Assembly: GCF_964355755.1 (NCBI RefSeq)
Contig: NC_092675.1
Coordinates: 22,912,912 to 22,976,911, forward strand
Source of the DNA: Antedon mediterranea
Lineage: Eukaryota; Animalia; Echinodermata
Reading direction: 5' to 3'
DNA: 64,000 nucleotides
The notes under the pieces were generated by a model. The model was not told where the DNA came from and did not search any database. It saw nothing but the letters and a program-made list of their open reading frames with translations. This document shows positions 26,677 to 38,700 of the stretch, piece by piece; position 1 is the stretch's first letter; every line of letters begins with the position of its first letter. Position numbers and translations under genes: made by a program.

Positions 26677-29282
26677 AATGGTGTAATCACATATGCTAAC
26701 AATTATACACACAGCGAATAACTTTCACATCTTTGTAGAAAATGTAATGATAATCAGTCAAACCTGATAAACATGCTAAACAGAGTTTTGTTTATGGAAA
26801 TTAACTTTAAAGACATTATCTCTTTTCTGCTTGAAATGCACCATTTGGAAAGATAATTAAAGTATAAGTATAGGCCTGTAACATTCAGATTTATATAAGC
26901 CTACGTCTATCTTATTAATAGTGCATTCAAGTCACACAAAATAAACAAATTCTATTATCAAATAATATGTTACCGATAACTTAAAATGTATAACTAACGT
27001 TCTTCAATCAATTAAAAATATTAAATATAGGCCTTCTATATTGCTGCATTTTCAAACTTGGTGTTCTAACCTTGTTTTTAACAAGTCTTTGTTCAACTGT
27101 ATCACACATTTGGGACATGATTGAAAACAGTTTTTATTGAAATACGTTCCATCAATAATTTAAAACCATTCATTAAAAAAAATATGTTCAATAGGCCTAC
27201 TTCTGCCTAGGGGAGGTAGTTGATATTTGTTTACAAAAACAGACGCAAACATAACAAAAACTCAACGCAAGACGCAAGAGTCACAGCGCAATCAATGACT
27301 TCATCATTTAACCAAACTCATTACATATAAAATAATTCATGCATTGTTTCAAAATAGAAAAATACCAAGGTAATGTAAATAAATACTCTTTTTAACTTTT
27401 CGATTAAAAAAAAGTTTCTGCCTTTTATTGTTTTGGTTATTGTTTTCTTCTACCCATGTGACCCACTCACCTATGTCTGATTTCGCTTGAATGTGCCACA
27501 TATTTAGTTTTAAATAGTAAACACCTAATCTATAAAAATAACAAACAAATAAAGAAATTATTGCAAGTTGACAACATACAATCATGATGAATAAAAAAAG
27601 TGTTTGAATTATTGCAGATATCCTTGATTCATGACGCTCCTTAAAATGGATTAATAATAGCACACCTCTTAATTTGATTTCCGTCAATTAGACGCCAATC
27701 TTTGTTTTCTCCAGGGTAATCAAAATAGCATTATTTTGGTTATACAATTGAGAACCTTGGTTATACCAACTTACTGCTTGATTTAATTTTTGTTTGAATA
27801 TAATTTATTCAGTGTAACGTGTAGTATTGTTTACATTTATTTATTTATTAAAAACAGGTTATATTAATTAATAATGTTTAGGATAATAATACGTTGTTCA
27901 GTATTATTATTGTAAGATTTTAATGGAGCGAATAACAGGCACGACGCTCCCTTAAAATAGGATTAACAGCACACCTCTTAATTAACTTGCATTTATAGTT
28001 TGGTTTCCGTCACATGAAGTTAATATAATAAGTAGGCCTATACGATAATAATACATAATAAAAAAAATTATGTTAAACCAAGGAATCTTTTCCTAATCTG
28101 GTATAAAATTTACTAAATCAAATAAATAATCAAACTAATTTGGGTGGTATCATAAATAAAAACTGTTTATTGAACAACCGATCAAGGATATATAATTACA
28201 TTCGTGTCTCGAACAATTAGGCAATATGTAATCTCAAATCTATTATACAGTATTTACAATCACAATTAATATACACGTTCAAAGAAAAATTACTGAATAA
28301 AAGTGGCTAGATCTCAATGGAGATACAAAATAAATAATCAAAAAGCTAAATCAAAACGATAAAGTAGCCCCTAAAATAGCCTGAACAATTTGCAGAGTTT
28401 TCGGGCAACCCCAGCCCTTCGGTGCAAGTGGTCCGGTGGCAGGAGGGGGGATATCACCACCCGAAAGGGGACAAATTGCCATCCAACTTTACTAGACCAG
28501 AATTTTCCGTAGATTACGAATATGGAAGGTAATCGATCAGGATAGGAAGCGTTTTCGCGATATAAGGGGTCAAAGTTCAAAATTGACCAATATAAAAACA
28601 TGCTATATCTCTGGAAATTCTGGACGTAGTGAGATAATTTTGGATTCAAATTGTTCACAATGTATATGTTTATATTAGCTCTAACAGAACTTTCTTTGAA
28701 AAATTTACCGGAAACCCCATTGTTAGCAATTTTGACCTTTGACCTCTTTTTGCTATATCTAAGTAACGGCAGGTCGGAGAGAATTAAAAATAGGAGCAAA
28801 TTGTTCCCAAGATATACATTTATATTCAGTATAACAGATGATATTGCTTGAAAATGACCGGAAGTGTGGTTATTAACCCTTGACATAATTGAATAAGGTT
28901 ATAAAAACATAAATTAATAAATATTTGTCGTAAGGAGCCAATTTTGGTGTCAAATTGTTCACAATATAATATATGTTTATACTTGCCATAATGCAACATT
29001 TTTTTCAAAAAGTGACTGAAACACCTATTTTTCTGTAATTTTAACCTTTGACCTGTTTTTCTCATCTAAATAATGACATGGCATAGAGATTTCTAACGGC
29101 AAATTGTTTATAATAGATATTTTTATTCAATCTAATGTTTGAAAAATACAAGTGTGATTATTGCCTTGAAATCCTGTACATAAGAGCCTATCAGGGCGGA
29201 TTTAATTCAAAGAGGTGTGGAAGGGGAATAATACTATTACTATACAGCACAATGTCTTTCTTTTGAGCAATTTCAATCAGGT

Positions 29283-29800
29283 ATCCATCCATGTACCGGC
29301 CTTTGGGGGTTAATTTGGGTAAATCCATAAGTGTTCCTTAAGGATCGAGAGTGCACAGGCAGCTTTATTCCATGTGCCTGTCTATATAAACCCACAGTGT
29401 CACCCATTATATTTCCATTATGGGGCTTAATGTCCATCCATGGAGGACCAGCCCTTGGGTTAATTTGGGCAAATCCATAAGTGTTCCTTAAGGATCGAGA
29501 GTGCACAGGCAGCTTTATTCCATGGTTCTGCCTGTCTATATAAACCCACAGTGTCACCCATTATATTTCCATTATGGGGCTTAATGTCCATCCATGGAGA
29601 ACGACCGGCCCTTGGGTTCATTTGGGCAAATCCATAAATGTTATTTAAAGATTGAGGGTGCACATTTAGTTTTATTCCAAAGTTCATCTATGAACTATTT
29701 ACCCTATACTAATTTCTAATACAGGGCCTTATGTAGCACACCACAGAGATCCCAAAAGGGTCCTTAGAGGGTTCATTCGGGCAAATCCATATAGGTTATT
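29283..29800. repeat. ~150-170-bp tandem repeat (3 copies plus a remnant) inside the long-TIR element
   Basis: Recurring GGGTTAATTTGGGCAAATCCATAAGTGTTCCTTAAGGATCGAGAGTGCACAGGCAGCTTTATTCCA. Confidence 0.85.
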
Positions 29801-30149
29801 TTAGAATCCTTTGTATACAGGAAACGCTTTCCTGTATGGGCCAAACTATATAAAAATTGTGGTCTGTCTGTGTAGTGAGTTGTGGATTGAGTTTGGCCAC
29901 CTGGATCTGCCTATGCCCTATCCTGTACGAATTGGTATTCTCTGGTTCTGATGAATAGTAGTTTATTTTCCAAAAACGAATATTGTAGCCCTAATAAATG
30001 CAACTGTATAGTGGCAAATCATTGAAGGTCAGCGCAACATTTTAACATCATAACATTTTAATCGTCATAATATAAATTTTATTATTTATTTTACAGTATT
30101 ATATTAATGTACATTTAAAATAATGCGCACTATAAAAAATATAAAAATA

Positions 30150-31110
30150 CCATAACTTCACTGATCAAATAACGTGATTACATTTATGAACATTGATCTC
30201 ATAGTTTGAATAACTTTGCATTATTTAGTATATCATTTATTCAAATGTTGACCTTTGACCCATGTCAACTTGTGTAATGATAAATGTGCTCTTTTGATTG
30301 TGTATGATTGATAGATGTCTTAACAGAATGATAAAACATAACATTTTGTCTTAAATGTTAGTTTTTATTTGGTTTTAAATGCAAATTGTGTGATTGGTCA
30401 ATATTGACATTTGACCTTTAATTGCAAAGTATTTGTTTTAAAAGGCGACTGAATAACACCATACAATACATATAACCATACAAATGTATTAAAATACCAA
30501 ATTGAACTTTAATAAATTGGTTATAATACATATGTATATAATACATTGTTATAATTGGTCAATTTTGAACTTTGAACCCTTATCTCTTCCTATTCGCTTC
30601 CTATCCTGATCGAAGTTTGATTTGATTAAATACAGTATTATAATGAAATAACATAACCTTACTAATCAAATAATTTGATTACTTGTAAAACCATCAATAT
30701 CATAGTTTGGACAACTTTGCATTTATTTGTTAACTAATACGCGTATTAAAATGTTGACCTTTGACCTTATGTCAACTAATGAAATTGACCTTATGTCAAC
30801 TGATGAAATGATGTATTCGCTCTTTTACATTGCGTATGATTGATTAACAGGATGAGAAAACATCCAATTTTTATTAAATACTAGTTTTTATTTGGTTTTA
30901 TAGGTACGTTCTATGATTGGTCAATATTGACATTTGACCCTTAATCACAAAGGATTTTTTTTTCATAAGGTGATTGAATAGACACTTATAATCATAAAAA
31001 TGTAATAAAAGACCAAATTGTGCTTCAATAAATTTGTTATAATACATATACATAATACATTGTTGTAATTGGTCAATTTTGAACTTTGACCCCTTATATC
31101 TCGAAAACGC
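30150..31110. repeat. ~510-bp diverged tandem duplication inside the long-TIR element
   Basis: Two copies of CATAAC..ACT.ATCAAATAA...AATGTTGACCTTTGACC...GATTGGTCAATATTGACATTTGACC...AATTGGTCAATTTTGAACTTTGA. Confidence 0.75.
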
Positions 31111-31326
31111 TTCCTATCCTGATCGATTTCCATATTCGTAATCTACGGAAAATTCTAGTCTAGAAAAGTTGCATGGCAATTTGTCCCCTTTCGGGTGGTG
31201 ATTCCCCCCTCCTGCCACCGGACCACTTGCACCGAAGGGCTGGGGTTGCCCGAAAACTTTGCTGAAACTGATTTTAGCTTCCCAATCCTCCCTAAAAACA
31301 GTACAAAGCATGTAAAGTATTATTAT

Positions 31327-31480
31327 GAATTGAATTGAATTGAATTTATTTGGAAAATCATCATAAAAAATACATACAAAGTGATAACATAAATTACGGA
31401 CATTACAAATAATACATTTATAAAAGACTTTCCAGGATAGCCCAAAAAGCTTACCAGCTTATTTCCATTGGGATCCTTCA
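31327..31480 (-). mobile_element. 3' tail of a CR1/L2-group LINE or a derived SINE
   Basis: (GAATT)n followed by TTTATTT, i.e. AAATAAA plus a (AATTC)n tail on the - strand, next to a short GC-richer terminal segment. Confidence 0.4.
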
Positions 31481-31728
31481 TCATGGGCCATTGTTCGAAG
31501 TAAGGACCCAGAACTCTCTCTTTTAGAATTCTTTGCTGATACTGTCATGCTAAATTAAAATGCACATTAAAAAAAGAAAATCATTATAGTAATTATTTAA
31601 ATATGTTTCTAAATTCCCGATTATATTTTATTTTTTTCATTAACCTCGTTGTTATCATTATCTTGTCATGTCTTACTTTCTCTTTTTTAAACTCATAGGC
31701 AGGCCTGTACACTCCTTAACCCTGACAG

Positions 31729-31875
31729 TGGGCGGGGTCAGTGCATGTTTAGCAGTAAGTTTATTGGATGTTGACTTGTCGGTTCATCCAATAAAAATGG
31801 AGAAAATAAAAAAAAACTTCACGTGCAAAGTTTGAGAGAGTATTTAATATTCTTCCAAATTAAATGAAATCAGTA
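31729..31875 (+). promoter_or_regulatory. Probable core promoter of the MACPF-ApeC gene
   Basis: GC box GGGCGGGG 31730, ATTGG 31763, CCAAT 31788, E-box CACGTG 31820, TATTTAA 31841 and Inr-like TCAGT 31870 about 30 bp later. A non-coding exon ends at donor GTAAGT 31921. Confidence 0.5.
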
Positions 31876-32050
31876 CACCATAAGGTAGACGCCTATTCAG
31901 TTGTTATTGAAGAAGTAATTGTAAGTATTTGTTGTTTGTTTTCTATTAATTTTTATTTAACTTACAGATGCTTATTTATTGTTATTATACATAATCTACT
32001 CAATTCAATTATGAATTATATTATTACTTCTTTCAGATCGTCTAGTAACA

Positions 32051-32742
32051 ATGAGGTATTACATCCTTCTTGGTATACTTCTGAATGTGGTTTTAGCACA
32101 AAGCTACACAATTGACCACCTCCCCGAAGGGCATAGAATAAAAAAACGAAACACTAACATCGACCCATATGGTATCAACTATGTAGGAATTGGCTACAAT
32201 TTACTATATGGAAATCCAGATGGAAGCCCAACTACTGGTGCATTAGACCCTGGACTTCGAACAACCTGGCGCATTTTTTCCTTAACGCTTACGGGCAATA
32301 ATGTAATACCAGACGAGATATATTACACCGAGTCAACTACTTGTGCTACAACCACATCAAAATCAATATATCATAACGAATACTCATACGCTTCAAAATT
32401 TGATTTAGACGTCGCTGTGTCAGGTAACGAATTTGTTAATTTTAAAACTCATATTGATCTCACTACTTCAAAAATATCTAAATATGTTAGTTTACTTTTC
32501 AAAATTCGTCACTACCTTTTTTTAAGTGCATTCCTTTCAATCTATAAATCACTTATGCAACCTCTTATCAGCTATTGTAACATTATTTGGTTTAATTCAT
32601 ATGCTTCTTATACTGATAAACTTGTTAAACTCCAGAAAAAAGCGATACGAGCTATAACTTGGTCTGATTATCGTGCACCAAGTCCTCTCTTCCACATACA
32701 TAATGTATTAAAAATCGACGATATTCATAATTACCAAATTGG

Positions 32743-32776
<34 letters not shown>

Positions 32777-35700
32777 TTCATTCTCATTCAACAGCAACTA
32801 TTTAAAATTTCACAAGACAAACATATACACAAGATGCTCTACATAAGTGGAGTGGAGTTGTAAATTGTCATGAGAAAAAACCCTGACATATGACAGGACT
32901 TGAACCCAGGACCCTTAGATTGGTAGCCAAGCATCATAACCACCAAGCCACAGCTCCACTCCGAGTTTTTATGTTCCGAATATTGAATAATCCTGATTTA
33001 CGATTTTTAAACCTTAAAAATTTTACTGATGGTAATGGTCATAAGTACAATACTAGAGGAAAATGTAAACTTCGACCTCCTCTTCGAAGACTAGTTTCTA
33101 CAAGTCATAGTATTGCTGTTTCGGGTCCTCATGTCTGGAACAACTTAGATATGACTTTTAAAAATGCAAAATCCATCAATGTTTTTAAAAAATTGTATAA
33201 GTTGAATATAATTAATAAGTACAAATCTTAATTTCTGCCGATGTCATTGTTATTTTATTTTTTATATGTTAATATATTGTATATATCCTTTTATAGTTTT
33301 ATCTGTTTGTTGTTTTAGGTCTTCAACCTTGTACAAGCTTTTAGCTTTTGTTGTTGATCCTTTTCATCTTTTATGCATTTTATCTTTGACATGTTTTATG
33401 ATTTTTATGAAAAAAATGAATGAAATGAAAAATGAAAACGTAATTAGTCTAATTTACAATAAATTCTCAATATCGAAACTATTCTGTAAAAAAAGAGTAG
33501 CAATAATAAAGTAATTCACCTTTAATAGTTTCAGCATGATTTCGGCCTGTAATGCGTGTTTAAAGGGACAAGCCATTTCTAATATCTTACAATGTTTGCT
33601 TACAGGAGGGTACAGCTCTGCTTTTTCATCAGTGAAATTTAGTCACAGCAGTTGTAAGTATTTGATTTTCATTCAACTTCATTTTTGGGCACTCTGAAAC
33701 GCATTCTAGCAGCAGTACAACCGTGTATACCTATATCATTTGGCATGTTCATTGTGAGATTTTGTTTAGAAGTATGATGCAGCATCTACTAGCACTTCTA
33801 TCCCTGCCATGATCTCTTCGCGTTTGTATGGCTTGATTGTTCAAAATAAGAGAAATGTAGTATCATTAATATCATGGAAGAAGTTTGTCGCTAATACGCC
33901 AGTGCGAGCATTTTTTTTTTTAATTTACATCAGTTTTATTTAATCCATAGAAAGAGAAAAAACACTAATTTAAATATTGATTGATGGATCATTTTATTTT
34001 TGGATAACAACATTCCATATAAAAAATAACAATGTAAAGAAAAACGAAAATCAACCTAAAATAGGACTTTCTTCCATTTATTGAAGTGATTAAATTGATA
34101 AACTGACAGATGTACAAAATACGATCTAATTTTAATACAAAATGTGATTATAATATGAAATGTAATTACACTGAACGATGACTATCATACTAATGTGTTT
34201 TTATGTCACAGATTACTCTCAAACGTCAGACCATTTCGAATCATCTTCTTACGTCTTCTATGAAAAACTTAACTATTGTTACAAAGGCGATGCAAGATAT
34301 ACAACTGAGCTTGCACACAATAACAAATATCCACTGTCAGAGTCATTTGTTACCAGGGTCAATGAACTTCCAACTACATATAGCAAATTTGATTCCAGCT
34401 ACATGGACTTCTTTGATGATTTTGGAACTGTAAGTGTTGTAGAATTATTTTTGTTGTAACAGATTGTGTTCATAACTTAGTAGGGAATGTTCATTCGACC
34501 AACAACCGTATTTTACGTTGAACTTTGTAATGATCACACTATTAATACAGTAGGCCTAGTTATACTTTGTAATAACCTGTCGCCCTTTGTAATACCTTAC
34601 TGACAAACTTTGTAATTATGCTGCCGCACTTTGTAATATATTGTTATTAAAAATTGATGTAATATTATTATTACAAAGTGCGATATTTTGGTAATATTTT
34701 GGCGACAGATCAATTTATTACAAAGTGTGACAGATTACACAATTATGAGATGTAACAACCGTAAAAACAAAGATAGCATAAAAGGAGGAGTTGTCCTGTT
34801 TGTTCGGGTTTTTTTGGGGGAGAGAATCAAATTGAAATCTTTTACCCCTAGTATAGAAAAACGGCGACAAAATCATTTCTATGAAAGCAGCTATGAGGGA
34901 AACAAATCATGATTGATGTAGGCCTATAGTTATTGAAATGTCTGTATCGCATCCCGGTTCGTTATTTATATTAGATACACTTCATTCTAACTATGCCATC
35001 ACCCACTGTAGCTGGAAGGGTTGTGTTTCATGCTTTTGAAAACATGGACAATATGTATCTAATAATTATTTTCTATGTTTTCCATAAAGCACGTGGTGAT
35101 TGATGTACATCTTGGAACCAAAGAAATAGAACGTTCTTATTGGACTAGTAGTGAATTTGCAACACTTGTTACTAGTGAAGTATGTTTTTCGTATTTTCTA
35201 TATAAATCTTTTTTTATGTCCTGATTGGATATGTAGTGTGTAATTTCAATTAAATGCAAGTAGTTCATGTTAATGATGGCATTCTTGATTCCAAACAATT
35301 TCTAGATACATTAATGTACTATAGGTCTACTTCAATTCATAATAACAAGTGTGTGCAATTAGCGTTTATTTGAACTAAAACCATATGTAGCAATTTAACA
35401 TTTACTTTACAGTATGCCTCAAGTACTTCGCTTGAAGGTAGTTATGGTGGTTATTCTGCTTCGATTGCGGTTGACACTGACTCTTTGACTAGCTCATTCA
35501 ACACGGAAACGTCCTCTGACGCTTCAACCGAAACTCTCACATTTGGTGACGACGATCTGTCATTGCCGTATTCATACACTTTGCTTAGTATTGACGAGGT
35601 ATTTGCCGAAAAATACTGGCAGTTGTATCAGGATTACGTGGATGATGGTTATCTCTCAGCTGATTTTTATGGTAGACTAAATGACATGAAGAGTTATATG

Positions 35701-38700
35701 GCTTTAGCTTTAGCTGATTATCCAGAGTTTTTGGGATCTGAAAACGCTGTGGAAGGTATGTGACGTTAATTTAAGAATATTTTGATTTAATGTTGCCGCT
35801 TTATTTAATTTCTTAAAAACACATTTATTTTAAGGCATATGGAAATTATGAGGTTTCTTAAAGTTCTAGAATTGTATAGTATACTTTTTCCTGACCAGCA
35901 TTATCTTTGGGGTGCCTCTGTCTTGGTTGTTGTCTCTGAGCACCCGGTCGTCTGTGGCAAGGCAAATGTGTATCCTGCTCCTTTGTTTGGTCACCTAGGT
36001 AGGGGTCTGGGACCGCGAATGAACGATAACGGATGGGGACCCTCCAAAGAAATTGCATTTTATTTGTCAGGCATTTGTATGATGTTTTTATTTTTTTTGA
36101 ATGCGCCTTGACCACTCTTGAGTGGTATGTGCGCTATAAAATTCCTGTTATTTTTATTGTTACTTTTTAGTTAATCAGGACTTACTAAAGAGTTTCAAAT
36201 AAATCTCTTTTTTATTTTTAACATTATGGTTTCTAATTAATATAGACAGTATTCTGAGTGTGCCAATAACTTGGCCTCTTGGAACCTATGGAATTCCTAA
36301 CTCAGCAGAAGGGTGCCCTGATGGACAAGGAGTCAAATTCCATACAGGATATCGTTATCACGATTCCGAGGATGATGACAACAAAAATGGATGGACGTCA
36401 GACAACCACTTCCTTGGTGGATTGGGTAGTAATATTAGGCAATATTTCTGTATGAAAACACAAGAGGCATTTACCGACCACGACCGTGATTGGCCTTCGG
36501 GAAAGTACTGTGTGTTCAAAGCATCAACTGGCAGCTGCCCAGATGGTAAGTACGAATTTACGTTTGGGAAAAAGTTTTTAAAAATCATACCTGCTGGTAA
36601 AACACGCATTAGGCCTACGTGTTCAAGCCTCTTTTCCAGATAAAGAAGGCTGAAAACTCACCACTTCAGTCATTCGAATTACGATAAAACTATGTCATAA
36701 CGTAGTCATGGCCTATTTAGGCGTAGATATAGTGTCTGGATTGGATGCAGATGTTATGCGCGATTTGAACGATTTGCGCAATTTAATATTGCGCAAAGAA
36801 TTCTTGCGCAATTTGAAATTGCGCAAGGATTTTCTTGCGCAATATTAAATTGCGCAATCAACTTGCGCAAGAATTCTTTGCGCAAGAAAATCCTTGCGCA
36901 ATTTCAAATTGCGCTGCACAATTTGTAAATTGCTCAAGATAGTTCTTGCGCAATATGACACCTTTGCGCAATTTGAAAACGAACTGTTTGTTATTTTTAT
37001 TATTGTACTCATTTGTTGTTGAGAATGGTACCGAAAGGTTAGTCTTTTTTGTCATTAAATTTAATTTTTAAGTTAAATAGTAAACGTCTAATAATTCGTA
37101 ATAATTATTGTTTCTAAAAAAAATCCAATCGTTATTAGTCTTATTAATCGTCATTAGTACTGATATTTGAATTGAAATTATTATATTACTATTGGTATTT
37201 ATTTATGCCCTCTCCTCATATTATGTGTGAATATGGTATTTTATAGAACCATTGGGAATTCGAGATTTTTTTTATTCGGAAAAAAAAATCCGGGAGGGAG
37301 GCTCCCGGGAGGGTAAGGAAATGCGATATTATCTTTAATTTTGAATCATTCTTAGTAATTACTAAAAAAATATGGGTGTGCATGATTCCACAATCTGTCG
37401 AAAAACCTTGCGCAATTTGCAGATTACTTGCGCAATTTAATACGTTGCTTGCGCAATTTGAAACACATGTTTCAATTCAAATTGCGCAAGGAATTTTTTG
37501 CGCAATTTTAAATTGCGCAAGAAAAACCTTGCGCAATTTCAAATTGCGCAAATCGTTCAAATCGCGCATAACACAGACACTTTAACAAAACACTTCCACT
37601 GTACATTGTAAAAAATGCGAATAAGCAGTTTGAGTATTTTAAGGCCAATTAACACAGACGCCGAGCGTGCTGCTTGTCCCATTTACACAGCGCGCGGTGT
37701 TGTGGAAATATGCATGCTATTAATTGACTGTCAGTAGGCCTAGAGCGGTGGGCCTACCACACACAGGCTTAGGTTTTAGGAACTTATTGCCTAATAATGT
37801 CCTAAATGTATATTTGTATGTATCATAAACAATCAATCACGTCACGTCGTAGAGAGCGGATTTCGGCTTAACCACTCGTCCGCTCCGCGTTCTTTGTAAA
37901 TGGTCGTAAGAAATAGCATCAATTTTTGCGTATTACGCTTATTACCTTTACCGCCGCTCGTCTGTGTAAATTTGCTTTAAATTGGCCTTTAAGCAACAGT
38001 TTATATTAGGTGTCACAGGAAGTCCTAGAATAGCAATTCGAATCTCGGTTAAGGCGAATTTCTTACAGATTTTCTCCTCTTTATCGTTTTCAATAAATTC
38101 ATTTTCCGTACCGGTATATAACTTTCTCTAACAATACATAATCCTAGAAAATCCAGAAAAAGATATTCTAGATATCCGGAAAAAAAATAATTTCTTTAAT
38201 TTCCATATTTGAATATGCAATTTTATTCACACGCATAATAGTTATCCACTTTGACCAAAAATATTTACCTAAAAACTTATTTTAAAGCAGAACAAGAAAT
38301 AAATTCAAATTGGCTCCCGGTCGGTGGTTTTTGGTTTATTTTGTCTTTTTAAAGAGAAAAATTGATGTGTTTTTTTCTTCAGAAGTGAATAACTATTAAG
38401 AGTACAAAGTCAAAGTCTGATTTTAATAATCTTCATTTGTTCAGGTTTTTGGTTACACTACATCTTTTTTTTTAATCTTTACTTATACGTAAGGGCGTGT
38501 GGCGCAGTGTGTTGGACGTTGGACTACCGATTGTCAGACCCGTAGGCAAGATACTTTACTTACGTTGCCTCTCTCCACCCAGGTGTATAAATGGGTACCC
38601 AGTTAGATCTACACAACTTTGCGCTGGTTACCGGCTGCATTATGGGAGTATGTTTCCATACGTGTTTGATCCCAAAAAAATACTGGGGTAATAATGCTTG

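Larger units (their letters stand above)
28396..31258. mobile_element. 2.86-kb non-coding element with ~195-bp TIRs; Polinton/Maverick-like termini
   Basis: AGTTTTCGGGCAACCCCAGCCCTTCGGTGCAAGTGG... (28396-28591) is mirrored at 31068-31258. Ends are 5'-AG...CT-3', with flanks TTGCAG / TTGCTG (6 bp, 1 mismatch). No long ORF inside. Confidence 0.8.

Noticed and set aside
28371-29687. ORFs inside the long-TIR element as transposase or viral genes
   Set aside because: Short, derived from TIR or tandem-repeat sequence, with no recognisable catalytic motifs.
32051-32863. 270-aa ORF as one protein
   Set aside because: Chimera of apextrin exon 1 read through the donor at 32424 into LINE and SINE sequence.
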